Assembly: GCA_965240325.2 (NCBI GenBank)
Contig: OZ251226.1
Span: 2,914,001 to 2,978,000 of the forward strand
Reading direction: 5' to 3'
Source of the DNA: Rebecca billardiae RCC1528
Lineage: Eukaryota; Protista; Haptophyta
Length of the DNA stretch: 64,000 nt
The notes beneath the pieces were generated by a model that did not search any database, had not been told where the DNA came from, and saw only the letters and a list, made by a program, of their open reading frames with translations. The translations under genes and the position numbers were made by a program. This document shows, one piece after another, positions 10,252-22,377 of this stretch (positions within the stretch are counted from its first letter, which is position 1; each line of letters opens with the position of its first letter).

Positions 10252-10482
10252 TAGAGCTCGGCGTCAGCTAGTATCTAGTCAGAAGCAGTCCGACATCTCG
10301 CGGACCACCTGAAGCCCGCCTGGCTGGCCGCCCGGGGCTGCTGCCGATGCGGAACGCACCGTCTGCACTGCGTTTGACATGGTCTCAGCATGATGGCGGA
10401 GCACTGGCATGCCGCCTGCCGCCTGGCTGGCTGTCGGTGCGGCGAGGCGAGGCACTCTGAGTCTGACTCAGGGGCGGCCGCC

Positions 10483-12203
10483 TCAAGCGGAGTTGCCCAC
10501 GGTCTGCTCTTCGACAAGGCGCATGAGCTGGTCAATCGGCACCATTGCCGCGAACTGCTCCAGCGGCACCGCGTCCGGGTCAGCTATTGGCAGCCCCAGG
10601 GGTCGCGGCATGTCGTCGATGGCGCAGGCTCCGTCGCGCGCGCCGGCACCCGGCGGCGTCTCTGACTCGGCCCCTGAATCTGGAGACATGTCGGCAAAGG
10701 CGGTGGGCAGCGAGATGTGCAGTGGCACCGCCGACGGCACTGGCTGCGAGGGCGGCTTCGCGTTGCGCTCGCACGAGACAGCACACGCGGCGGTCGGCTC
10801 GCCTGCCGAAGCCAGGCCGCTCTCCACGGAAGGGGCTGAGGAGCGGCGCTCCGCCTCCGTGTCGGTGGAGGATGGCGACGAGTCGCGGCATCGAGCAAGC
10901 TCGTGCAAGGGCACAGCGTCCGCGCGCACAGATGGGAGCTGCGGCGCTCCGCTGGTGTGCAGCTCGATGGGCTCGGAGGCTCGCCCAAGCTGCCGCTGAG
11001 CGCCGCTCACCGGCTCGCACATCGTCACCTCCCACCGCTCCTGCGTGCTCGGGCGCACGACGATGCGCACCCTGAAGCGCAGGGGGCCGACGCGCACGCC
11101 GAGCACGTTCAGATGCAGCAGCCGCTGGCACTCGGCTTCGAGGTGGCATGGCACTTCCGAGTCGGGGTCGACGCGCCTCAGCAGCGCGATGTACGTCTCG
11201 ACCACGCTCCTGCGGTCCTCCTCCGTCGCGAGCAGGCTGATCCACGAGTCATCTGCCTGGTGGCGGTCGCTCCCCGTGTCAAGCCCCGAGATGGCCTCGA
11301 TCTGGGCGAGCGCGGCGGCGTGCGTGTTGCACAGCTGCACGAGCGCCTCGTTCGGGGAGAAGGCGATGATCCCGGCGACGTCAGAGCGCACCACCGCGGG
11401 GATCGACGAGGCGTGCCACTCCGCGATGTAGTCCGGCATGCTCGCGGGCGGCGGCGGCCTGGCCGCCACCTCGTTGGCGAGGCTCATCTGGCGCATCGTG
11501 TCCTCGAGCGAGAGCGAGAGCTCGCGCGCCATGTGCAGCGCGTCGTTGGTCAGCACTGCGGGGCGGGGCGCGCGCGGGCGCGGTGTCAGTCACCACGCGT
11601 GCCCTCGCCTGTCTACCCCCGCGCCTCGGCGCGCGCGCACCCCAGCTCTCGCGCCTGCGTGCGATGAGGAAGCACATCGACACCCACTGCTGCCGGACCG
11701 TGTGGTTGCCGTGCTGCAGGATGACGTCGCGGTGGAGCTCCCAGTTGGGGCACATCCCCGCGATGTGGCTGGGCATCGTGAGAGGCGTGCACAGCGGCGC
11801 GAGCGCCGCCGCGGCGCCGCGCTGCGTGCCACTCGCGCGCGCGCGCACGAGCGGCGAGCTCGAGCTTGTGCACGCGTCCGCGGCGTCATTGTCCGTCCGG
11901 AGCGCGCGGACGGCTGGTGAGAGACGCGAGCTCGCCTCGCGGTACGTGCGTTTGCCCCGCAAGCTGGGCTCGTTCGGCAGGCACCGAAGGTGCAGCCGAT
12001 CGCACCTCGAGCACATGCCATCTGTGCGCAGTTCCAAGTCGCACTTCACCTGATGACGGTGTTTGCCGAGCGATCGCAAACGCGGGTTGGTCAGTCAAGA
12101 GGGGCAGTCGCGCTTGCTGGGCGGTGTCGCGAGGCGATGGCTCGTCGGCACGCACCTTCGAGATGCGGCAGGCTTTGCAAGACTCGCGGGCGTGCTTCCG
12201 CAT
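10483..12203 (-). CDS. Zn(II)2Cys6 (GAL4-type) binuclear cluster transcription factor; exons 12203-12156, 12049-11641, 11555-10483
   Basis: Splicing gives MRKHARES-CKAC-RISKVK-C-DLELRTDGM-CSRC-DRLHLR-C (Cx2Cx6Cx9Cx2Cx6C). Both introns are GT-AG and restore the frame. Confidence 0.85.
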
Positions 12204-12572
12204 CGTGGGTGTCGCGGCGTGATGCAGGGCCACCACCCCACTACTCGACAGCCGCTTGCCACCGCCTGAATTTCGTGCGTAGCTGGGGAGATTCCTCGCG
12301 CCTCGCACAAAGTCGCGGTCATCATACCCCCATAGGCTTGATGAATACGTAGTACTAGTCTAGACTGTAATCAACTACCCACGCGTGCGCACCGGAAAGC
12401 GTGAAGGTTCCTTGATCCAGAATAACCAGACAACAGTGAATCAACGGTCGCCTCGGTCGGGACCGACACACGCGGTGGGAATGGTGGTAGTCGTCCTCTC
12501 CGCCGAGAGCGGAGAGGTGTTAGTGAGCCCCGCCGATGCCCGGAGACGCGGCGACGAGAGCGAGCGAGGATG

Positions 12573-15074
12573 CTACGCGCGCCCAGTGGCCGCGTTCAGG
12601 CTGCTGAGCCGCTGCTTGATGTGCCGAACCTCCGCCTCGGGCGCGCGCGGCTGCGTGAGTGCCGCCTCGTACAGCTCGATGGCCTCGTCGGCCTTGCCCT
12701 GCTCGGCCAACGCGTCGGCAAGCAGGCGCCCCGCCTTGCCTGCCGCAGGGCTTGCCGCCGCCGCGGCGACGCTCGGGGCGGCCTTCTCCTGGTCCGCGCC
12801 CTCCGCCTCGCCATCCTCGCCCTCCGCGCCGGCCGAGACGGTGGCGAGCGCGCGCCGCAGGCAGCGCTCGGCCGTCGGCCACTCGCCCGCAGCGAGGTAC
12901 GCGCCGCCCATGCGCTCGAGCAGCGGGGCATCGTTCAGGCCGAGCCGCAGTGCCTGCGCGAGCGACTGTGTGCGCGCGCGCGGCCGAGGGCGCAGCACCG
13001 CACGGGGCCGCGGGCCATCCGCGTGAGTGCTGCGCGCATCGCAGGGGCCGGCGCGCTGCGTGGCAGCGCGCGCGCGCGCCCTCGCCTGCTCGCAGCGCGG
13101 CCGCGCACCTGCTCCGCCTCCGACGTCCGATCGAGCTCGAGCGCGAGCAGGCAGAGGTGCGCCCACACGTGCGGCGAGCGGTTGTTGAGCACGCACGACT
13201 CCGAGAGCGCCTCCTCAGCCTCCTGCGTCAGGTGGAGCGCGTGGCACGCCACGCCGGCGGCGAGCCACGCGGACGCGCTCGGCGCGTGCTTGCACGCGCG
13301 CAGCGCCGCGTCATGCGCCGCCTGCCAGAGCGACACCTGCTGCTGGCCCGGCGGCGAGCGCTCGGCGGCGCGCGCCGAGAGCTGGCTCGCTCGCAGCAGG
13401 ACGGCCGCGTCCCGGCAGTGCGGGTCGCGCTCGAGGCACGCCGTGTACGCGCTGAGCGCGTCCGCCTCGCGCCCCGCGCCCAGGTGCGCGTGCCCGAGCG
13501 CGGCGAGCACGTCGGCACGCTCGGGCTGCTCGGCGCTGATCGCCCCGAGCTGGATCGCCGCCTCGTCGTACCGGTGGACGGCGAGGTGCGCGCGCGCGCG
13601 GCAGAAGCGCACGCGGACCGACTCGGTGGCGCTCGAGTCGTTGCGGTGCTCGTGCTGCGTCTGCAGCGTGAGCGCCACCTCGATGAGCGGCTCGGCGCAC
13701 AGCGGCAGCAGCGCCTCCGCCGCCTCGACGCGCAGGCTCTCGGGCGAGGGCGAGAGCGAGGCCGCCTGCTTGAACGCCTTGCGCCCGTCGTAGTCGCGGC
13801 CGAGTGCGCTGCACAGCACGCCGAGCAGCGCCCACGCCACCGCCGACTCGGGCTGGGCGTCCACCGCGCCCTTCACGAACACCTACGCGCGCGCGGCGGC
13901 GGCGGCGGCGCGCGAGCGCGAGTCAGCGCGTTCCGGGGCGCGACGCGGCACGGCCGTCGGCCGAGGGGCGGGCGGGCGCGGGCGGGCGCTCACCTCCGCC
14001 TCGTCGGCCTTCTCGCGCGAGAAGAGGGTCGCGCCGTACGCGGTGAGGCTCGCCGCGTCGGCCGAGTCGATCGAGAGCGCCTCGCGCAGCGCCGCCTCCG
14101 CCTTGGACCAGCGCCCCGCGCGCAGCAGGAAGAGAGCGTAGTCGCGCCACAGCGCGCCGTCGTGCTCGGAGAGGCACATGCGCTCCTCGTGGATGGCGGC
14201 GGCGGCGTCCCACAGCCGGTCGGTCTCGAACTCGTCGGCGAGGCGGCGGAGCTGGTCGAGCCGCGGCTCGGCGGTCGGGATGATCGGCGCGCGCGCGGCG
14301 GGCTCGGCGGGCGGGTCGCCCATCGCCGCGCGCACCGACGCGCCCTTGACCGGCACGCCGCCAAACGCGCCCTCGCCGCCGCCGCCCGGCGGCGGCGGCG
14401 CGCCGGGCGGCGGGCCAAAGAAGTGCGCGTGCAGCGCCTTGTGCGCGAGGCCGACGAGGTGCATGTACAGCTCGGCGTGGAGGCGGTCGGCCTCGCCGCC
14501 CTCGGGCATCTGCGACTCGTCCGTCTTGTGGAACGACTCGCGCACGATGCGCACCACCGCCTTCTTGAGCCGCTCCTTGAGCGAGAAGTAGGCGCCCGAG
14601 TTGTTGAGCTCGTACAGGAGCTGCCGCCGCCGCTCCGCGCGCGCCTCGTCCGACTCGTCGGTGAGCGGCGCGTCGGCGAACATGCGGGAGAACTCGGAGA
14701 GCAGCGAGGCGACCACGGCGCGCACCTGCACCTCGAACTCCTGGTTCGCCGAGCGCGGCTGCAGCGACGGCAGCACGCGGCGCGGGATCAGGTCGGACGG
14801 CTTGGGCACGGGCGGCGGCGGCGGCGGCGGGCGCGGGAAGAGCGGCAGATCGGTCGAGATCGAGAGGACGAGCTCGGTGCCGGCGGCGGTGTACGGGTGG
14901 GGGAACTCGGGGTCCTCGGCGGGCAGCTCGGTCTTCGCCTCGGGCTTCCCGCCCTTCTTATCGTCGCCCTTCTTCCCCTTCTCCTTGTCCTTGGCGCCGC
15001 CGCCCTTGGCCTTGGCAGCGCCCTTGTCGTCCTTGGCGCCCGCCGCGCCCGCCTCCTTGGCCGCCGCCGCGTTC

Positions 15075-15105
<31 letters not shown>

Positions 15106-16428
15106 CCTCCTCCTCGTCGACGGGGATCTCGGGCTGGACGCGGCAGCGCGCGGTCGCGCTCGTCGCGTCGAGCTCGACGAGCGCGCGCAGGTCCGCCTCG
15201 CACACGCCCCTGTACTTGAGCGCGTTGGAGGCGGGCTCGGTCATCGCGTCGGGCGCGGCCAGCTCGCGCGCCACGTGCAGCTTGAGCCGCGCGCCCGACG
15301 CGAGCAGCTCCTTGAGGTGCTCGGCGGCTGCGGCGGGCAGGATGCAGCGCGCCGAGGAGGCGGCGGGCCACACGATCATCTGCGCCTCCGCCTCGCCCGC
15401 CGGCGCGCCCGCCGGCGCGCCCTCCTCGGGCGGCGGAGCGGCCGCACCCAACGGCTCAGCAGCGGCCGCCTCCACGCCGGGCGCGCCCGCTGGAGCGCCC
15501 GCGTCGAAGGACGCGCTGCGCGGGAGCACGAGCGTGCCGCCGGGGAAGGTCAGCGTGTACTCCTTCCCGCCGCCCAGCGGGATCGACGTCGTCGCCGAGT
15601 ACACGTACGGGTGCGCCTCGACCGGCGTGCCCGGCGGCAGCAGCCAGCGCGCCGGCAGCGACTGCAGCGAGCCCAGGTTCACCTCGAGCACGCGCATCTT
15701 GCGGCCGTCGTCCTCGTCGAGCTCGTCGGGGTCGACGAGCGGGTGCGAGAGCTCGATCGCGACGCACAGCTCCGCCACCGCCTGCGCCTCGTCACCGCCG
15801 GCCGCTGCACCAGGCGTGGCCGCGCGTGAGTTGCGGCGCGACTGAGAGCTGCTTCGCGGCGGCGTGCGCGCCGTGATGGTGATCCACTGCTCGAGCGAGG
15901 GCTCGCGCAGCAGCCCGTCGAGGCGGAGCTCCGCCGTGCCGATCACGACACGGTCGCCAGCCTTACCCTCCACTTGCGCCAGGCTGAAGCTCAGCGGCTG
16001 CGCGATCAGCTGGTTCAGCACGAGCTGCGCGCGCATGCGCGGCGCGCAGCAACGCGGGCATCGCGCACGCCCGGGGGTGTGAGCGCTCTCGCGCGCGCAT
16101 CGCCGGCAGCGGCGAGCTCAGCGGGGTCGAGCGGCGCAAATGACGCGTGGGGTACATATCGCGCGGGCTCACGCACCGCGTCGTGGGGGAAGCTCAACGT
16201 CGTCGAGTGGTCAAACCTGTGCACACCGCCGTCCGCCGTCATGACTGGCGGCGTCTCGATCGCATGCTCGGCGAGCAGCTTGGTGGACACCAAGGCGTTG
16301 AAGGGCTGGTTCGGGCCAGACAATCCGACGAGGTTGCGCGCCTGCACGATGCGTACCGTCACGCCGATCTCGGGCACGGACTCCGCCGCGGCGGGCGCAT
16401 CGTCGAACGCCCCGTAGTCTGCCGCCAT
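12573..16428 (-). CDS. CFAP70: Cilia- and flagella-associated protein 70 (TTC18); exons 16428-16177, 16024-13994, 13882-13109, 12965-12573
   Basis: Signature RRRQLLYELNNSGAYFSLKERLKKAVVRIVRE, N-terminal C2-like segment and C-terminal TPRs; GT-AG introns keep the frame. Confidence 0.88.
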
Positions 16429-16513
16429 GCTCCACCGTAACTGAAAGCGGCCGCCGCCGCTCGCCAGCTCTGCCCGTGCGTGCGCGCAACACACGCAAGT
16501 CGTCACGACGACG

Positions 16514-16885
16514 ATGGCGGGGCCACGTGTGATGACCGTGAGGCAGTGGCTCGCATCTGTCGAGCCGCGCACGATGCCACGGCTCGTCAACGGCCGCTGG
16601 AGGTCGCCGCTCATGGGAGGGCAAGAACGCGCGCGCCTCGTCAAGCAGGCTCTTCTTGAGGGCAAGGTGCAGCTCGAGCCGACTCAGCCGGAGATCCCAA
16701 AGTTCAAGGGGCACAAGCGCGCGCACGCACAGCCGCTCCGTGAGGCCGCGATCGCGGCTAAGATGGCTGATATGACGAAGCGCGTCGAGGAGCACAAGCG
16801 GGCTGTGCGTCTAGCGCGTCGTGAAGCAAAGGAACGCGAGCGCCGGAAGCAGGGGCTGCCACCATACCCGTACCCAGCCGAGTGA
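16514..16885 (+). CDS. Mitochondrial large ribosomal subunit protein mL59 (yeast MRPL25-like)
   Basis: NGRWRSP...RARLVKQA...FKGHKR...R...I..KMADM..RVEEHK matches the mL59 pattern. Confidence 0.75.
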   Translation: MAGPRVMTVRQWLASVEPRTMPRLVNGRWRSPLMGGQERARLVKQALLEGKVQLEPTQPEIPKFKGHKRAHAQPLREAAIAAKMADMTKRVEEHKRAVRLARREAKERERRKQGLPPYPYPAE

Positions 16886-17889
16886 AGGAGCTGGCCGGCA
16901 TGTGCGTATGCACTCGTGAAGCGATCTATTCTACAGCCTCGCCATGCTACAAGCACGCCCGTCCCCGAGCGCCGTGCGACGGCGCCAGCATCATTGCTAG
17001 CGGCTCTTTGCTGCAATCCGCTCTCTCCCTGCGGCCCACGGCTCTGCTCGGAGCCTCTGCCAGTCTCTGAAGTCTGAGTACCGTCTCGGTCCGTCCCGTC
17101 CGACTCTCACTCCGTCTCTGGCTCTGCGGCGGCATAGTCTCAACTGAGTACTGGCAGCAACAACTCTGCGCGGCTCATCAGATCGATCGACGGTCCTAGC
17201 GCCTGCGGTAGTCTGGCTGAGTGGCTGGCAAGATCATCACACGCCCAGTCGGATACGGCAGATCTGACTAGTGACTGACTGTGACTGTGTCACTGTGTCG
17301 CGGATCATCCGGGCACGCGCCACGCCGCGCCCGCGGCCGCGCCCGCCCCCGGGCGACCGGCGGCCCGCGCCGGACGGCCATGATACTATTGACTCATTCT
17401 ATGATTTAACGACACAGGTAGGACGACGCGGGTCTCCTGATTCGTCGGCGGCAGTGCCCGATCGTCGACACGAAGTCGGCGTGATGGCAGCTAGCATAGC
17501 CTGCACCGCGATCGGATTGCTAGTGAGCGCGGCCTTATTGACTACTGTCTAACTAACTTTATTGAGTCAAGCCTTGAGCTACGTACTATATTAGCTGGCA
17601 CTTGGCAGCGCGGTCCGTTATCAGCCGACGATGAGTAGTACTAGTGAATAAAATTCGCGTCGCGCGTCATCGTCGGATATGATGATGATGCCGATGCTGT
17701 GATGCATCAAGTTATGAATCATCAGAATAATGTTCAGCGGCGGTGCAGTGTCATGATGATGATGACGATGCCAGCCGCTGATCAGATCAGTGAGTGATCA
17801 TTATTATTGTCAATAACGCCTCGTCCGTCAACGTCGGCGCGTCCCGAGGCTCGGGCCAGCCCTCGTGCCGTGGCACAGCGATGCCACCG

Positions 17890-19344
17890 CTAGTAGAAGA
17901 ACAGGCCGTTCGCCTCGCCAGCGGCCGGCGGCAGTCCGTCCTGCACGCGCTGCGCCTGCCCCCTCAGCCGGAACTTGAACGTGGCCATCTCCTCCGTCTC
18001 GGCCTTGGCGGTGAAGGCGGCGAGCGTGTGCATGTGCCGGCGGGGCGAGCTCGCCATGTTCTGCAGCAGCCCGAGCGCGATCTCCTGCGCGAGCCACCGG
18101 CGCGGATGGAAGCACGTGATCGGGTCCATGCTCTCCTTGCGGAAGGTGAGGCCGCTCGTCACAGGGCGGAAGCGCACCACCATGCGCTTGCCGTCGTCAA
18201 ACTCCTCCGCGAGCTCGAGGATGCGCTGGTTGAACTCGCGGGCGAAGGCCTCGGCGCCCTCGGCGCTGTTGAAGCTGCCCGAGCCCAGGATCGACACCTT
18301 GAGCTGCCACGCCTTCACGAACGTGCGGCACCACATGTAGTCGTCCTGCAGCTTCTGCAGGCTGCTGCCGTGCTCGGTCGCCGACATCAGGTTCACGTAC
18401 AGCTTGACCGGCAGCGTGCGCAGCTCCTGCAGCAGCAGCCGCAGGCCGGAGCCCAGCACGTCGACCGAGCGCGGCGACCACCACAGGTCGCCGAAGCCCA
18501 GGCCGATCGTCACGACCACCCACTGCTCGCGCACGCCCCCGTACATCGGCGTGCCCAGCAGCGTGCGCAGCTGGTCGACCTGCGCCAGGAACGTGTTGGA
18601 CGCGTGCAGCGCAGCGCCGCTCGTGTTCACCGCAGGCGCGCCGCCGGCGCCGGCGCCGGCGCCTTCACGGGGCGGCGCGCTGGCGCCACTGGCCGCGTCC
18701 GCCTCGCCCGCCTCGCCGTTGCCGATCAGGTGGTGCGGGATGACGAGCGACGCGCCGTCGCGCGCCAGGTTGAGGCCGCACTGCTTGAGGATGTGGCCGT
18801 TGGGCTGCACGCACGGCACCGAGTACGGGCTGACGCCGCCCGACATGCCGAGCACGCGCGGGTTGAAGGAGCGGAGCACGGTCGCAAGCGTGTCGATCGG
18901 CTTCTTATCCAGCACGCGCCCGCTCCCGCACGCCCAGCTGCCGCCGCGGTAGTCGTCCGTGGCGCGCGTCGTGTCGACAAAGGACGAGAACTCAGCCGCG
19001 TTCAGGCCGGTGAGGAAGGAGTCGCCGATGCACGCCACGGCGCTCACCTGGCTCGCGTTCAGCCCGGAGAACGGCTTCCAGCGCTGCGCCCGCAAGGGCG
19101 GAGGCCCTGTGCTGTTCCTTGACTCGGCGGCGTACGCCTGGCCGACGCCAAGGTAGCTGCCCCTCAGCCGCTTCTCCGCCTCGGCGATCACGCTGTCAGC
19201 CACCTCGTCCACGATGGCAGGCACGGCGGACGGGTCCGTGGCGAGCGTGTTCACGACGGAGGGCACGAGCTGCCCCGCCACTGGCGCATGTGCCCCCGCG
19301 AGGAGCGCGAGCACGCCGACAGAGGCGCCTCCTGCTTGGCGCAT
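17890..19344 (-). CDS. Phospholipase B1-like SGNH/GDSL lipase, secreted
   Basis: Signal peptide; IGDSFLTG, YRGGSW..G, TL..VLRSFNP, LNLA..GA, W.VVTI..G..D and CFHP blocks as in PLB1. Confidence 0.85.
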   Translation of the reverse strand: MRQAGGASVGVLALLAGAHAPVAGQLVPSVVNTLATDPSAVPAIVDEVADSVIAEAEKRLRGSYLGVGQAYAAESRNSTGPPPLRAQRWKPFSGLNASQVSAVACIGDSFLTGLNAAEFSSFVDTTRATDDYRGGSWACGSGRVLDKKPIDTLATVLRSFNPRVLGMSGGVSPYSVPCVQPNGHILKQCGLNLARDGASLVIPHHLIGNGEAGEADAASGASAPPREGAGAGAGGAPAVNTSGAALHASNTFLAQVDQLRTLLGTPMYGGVREQWVVVTIGLGFGDLWWSPRSVDVLGSGLRLLLQELRTLPVKLYVNLMSATEHGSSLQKLQDDYMWCRTFVKAWQLKVSILGSGSFNSAEGAEAFAREFNQRILELAEEFDDGKRMVVRFRPVTSGLTFRKESMDPITCFHPRRWLAQEIALGLLQNMASSPRRHMHTLAAFTAKAETEEMATFKFRLRGQAQRVQDGLPPAAGEANGLFFY

Positions 19345-19679
19345 CGAGGCTCAACGGCGCGGCGTGACCTGAGCTCACGCCGTCGACACCCGCGGTCCTC
19401 GTGAGCGCAGTCACGCCACTCGCGCTGTGGCCTCCCGGGACCGGCACGCCCAGGCCCCATCAGCGCTTTCGTCCGCTTCCGCTGTTTATTATTAGGCGCG
19501 CTCGTCATTTTCTCACGCACGCGACAGTGACACCTTGCCGATGGTGTGACGCCGTGGGTCACGGCGGCGGCGGCCGGCGGCACATTCGGCCGCCTACCTC
19601 AGTACCGATAGTCAATAGTCGTCTGACGTCACCGCGTTACAGTTTAATCGGGCGACTGCTCTGTTGAAGGTCGGAGCCT

Positions 19680-20127
19680 CTACAAGAGTCGAGCGTCTGA
19701 GCGCTCTGAGCCTCGTGCGCCTCCGCGAAGAGGCGCGCCGAGCCAACGACTTCTCAATCCCATCCCTCCTCCTGCCTCTGCATGCAGATCGCACGCAGCC
19801 TCGCCCGCCAGCCATTGCCGCCTGCCGGCGCGGGCGCGCGACCATCCCCACGCTCCGATCAGCAGGAGCGGCGGCAAGAGGGCGAGAGCGAGCGCGGCGG
19901 GTGCACGCAGAGCGCGTCCAGGCGGCGGCTCGGCTGCAGCGGAGAAGGCCGCTGTGGGACCCGCGGCGCGCAGCGGGTGTGTGCGCTGCTCCGAGGCGAG
20001 CCACGATGCCTGCGGCGGTGGCGGGAAGAGCCCGACGAAGAAGGGAGGCGGTGCGTCGGCGATGATGAGCGGGGGCGGCTGCGGTGGTGGCGGTGAGTGT
20101 GACGGCGGCATCGGCGGCGGCGGCGAC

Positions 20128-20158
<31 letters not shown>

Positions 20159-22186
20159 GCGCCGACGGCGGCGGCGGCGGCAACGGCGGCGGCGGCGGCG
20201 ACGGCGGCGGCGGCGGCGGCGCAGGGGGCGGCGGCTCGGGCGATGGCGGGGCATGCGGCGGTGGCTGCGAGGGCGGGGACGATGGCTTCGGCGGCGGACT
20301 CCGCGGCGGCGAATGCGGCGGCGGCGAGCGCGGTGGAAGGCCAGGCGGCGAGCGCGGAGGCGGCGGATGGGGTGGCGTGCTTGGTGCCGGCGGCGACGAG
20401 GGCGGCGGCGATGCTGGCGGCTCAGGCGGCGACGGCGACGGCGGCGGCGGCCGGAGCGGCGGGTGTGACGGCGGCTCAAACGGCCACGGAGGGCTGCCGG
20501 GAGGCGGCGAGGGCGGCGGCGTGGGCGGCGGCGAGTGCGGCGGCGGCTGCGGCGGCGCGCTCGGCGGCGGGAGCGGCGGGTGCGACGGCGCCGGCGGCGG
20601 GCTCGAGGGCGGGCGGCTTGGCGGCGATGGCGGTGGCGGCGGCAGCGGCGGTGTGGGTGACGGCGGCGGGAACGGCGGCGGGCTCGGGGACGGCGGCGGC
20701 GAGGGCGGCGAGCCGGGCGGCGGCGGCGCGGGCGGCGGCGAGGGCGAGCACGAGAGCTGCGGCTGGCCGATGTCGCAGCAGTCCGTCGTCCACTTGGACT
20801 GGTTGACAATGTAGCACCACGCGCAGTGCATCCCCTCCTTGCCCGGCCTCCGGCAGTAGTTCTCCTCCAGCCCGTCGTTGGGGTAGCGCCACGGGTAGTA
20901 CGAGTGCTGGTGCGGCGTCTGCGCGTCCCAGCGCTGGCACTTGAAGCCCCACACGGTGACGTTCACGTGCCCCCGGTAGTCGCTGCCGTCATGCGCCGTG
21001 TAGCACAGGTCGCTCACCGTCTCCGGGATCACAAAGCCGTTCTTGTTCTCGGCGCTGCGGTGCGGCGGCGGCGAGGGCGGCGGCGGCGGCGTCGGGGGCG
21101 GCGAGGGCGAGGGCTCGCGCCCGCTGTGGCAGGTGCTCTTCGGGTAGCCTGCCAGATGGCGCCGCATCGCGCAGGCCGGCGCGCGCGAGGTGCGGGGCGG
21201 CGCGGCGGTGTGAGGGCCGCGCGCTCGGGCTGCGAGCTCGCCGTCGCGCATGGCAGGGGTCCGCGTCAGGCATGCGCGCGCGCACCGATGTCGCAGCAGT
21301 CCCAGTCGTGCCTCTGCGGCTCGAGCGTGTAGCACCACGCGCAGCGAGGCCCGTCGCCGTCGGGCCGGCGGCAGTAGTTCGCCTCCAGGCCGGCGTCTGG
21401 GTAGCGCATCGGGTCGTACTGGTGGCCGTGAGGCTGCTGCCGGTCCCACCGCTGGCACGTGTACCCGCGCGCGGTGGTGTTGACCTTGCCGCGATAGTCG
21501 CTGCCGTCGAAGGCGTGGTAGCACTCCTCAGACGGCGTGTGCACCGGCTCCGTCGGCCGGGCCCGTGGGAAGCCGCCGTCTGGGCCGCTGCCGCCGCTGC
21601 CGCTCCCGAGGCCATCAAAGGAGGGCGGCGGCGGCGAGGGGACAGAGGGCGAGGGCGAGGCGGGACGCACGGTGACCGGCAGCCGCGGCGCGCGGGGGAA
21701 CAGACGGGGCGGCTCGGTCGGCGGCCGGTTGCACATGGGCTGCGGCGGCGGCAGCCGACAGCACTCCCACGCGTGCGTCGCCACGTCCGTGAAGCACCAC
21801 GCGCACTGCAAGTTCACGGGCGCCGGCCGCCGGCAATAGTTGTGGCCGGCGTAGCCGAAGCTGTCGAACTGGATCGGCCACGGCGCGCAGGGCTTCCTGC
21901 TACGCGTCGTGTTGATGGCACCCGCGTAGTCGCTCCTGTCGCCGTGCGTGTAGCATTCCCAGCTCTGCTGCTGCGCCGCTTTCTCGTTGACGTACGACTG
22001 CGCAGCGCGGCGCGCGCGCGCACCGGCTGCGAAGGCGCAGGCCGAGGCGACGAGGACGAGCGCGACGAGAGCAGCGCGACGGGCAGTCGGATGCGCTCGT
22101 CGCTCGCCGCTCGCCGCGCGCTCCTGCGCCTCACCGCCGGCGGCGTGCGCACATCGCGTGCACGCGTGCGCCTCAGCAGGCGTCAT
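19680..22186 (-). CDS. Membrane-anchored kringle-domain protein (3 kringles + Ser/Pro-rich stalk + C-terminal TM); intron 21149-21285
   Basis: Three repeats of CY...DY[RA]G..N.T..G..C..W...NYCRRP...WC[FY]...CC; SPPP tracts; hydrophobic C-terminal helix. Confidence 0.88.
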
Positions 22187-22377
22187 GGGACCTGCGCCAC
22201 TGGTTTTTCCGGCGGCAGGTGAAGACTGCTTGCCGCTGGCGACTCGAGATCCCGCCCGGACTTGTTGTTCCGGACCTGCTCAGTCCGGTCCGGGCCGCCG
22301 ACTCGCCGAGCGCGAAGCCACGTACTCGAGGGTCAGCAGGGGGCAAGGCGCGCTGCCCACGCACACCGCGAGCTGCC

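Noticed and set aside
12659-15829. 1056-aa plus-strand ORF and many similar long Arg/Ala/Gly-rich ORFs
   Set aside because: Antisense or off-frame shadows of real GC-rich genes (here CFAP70).
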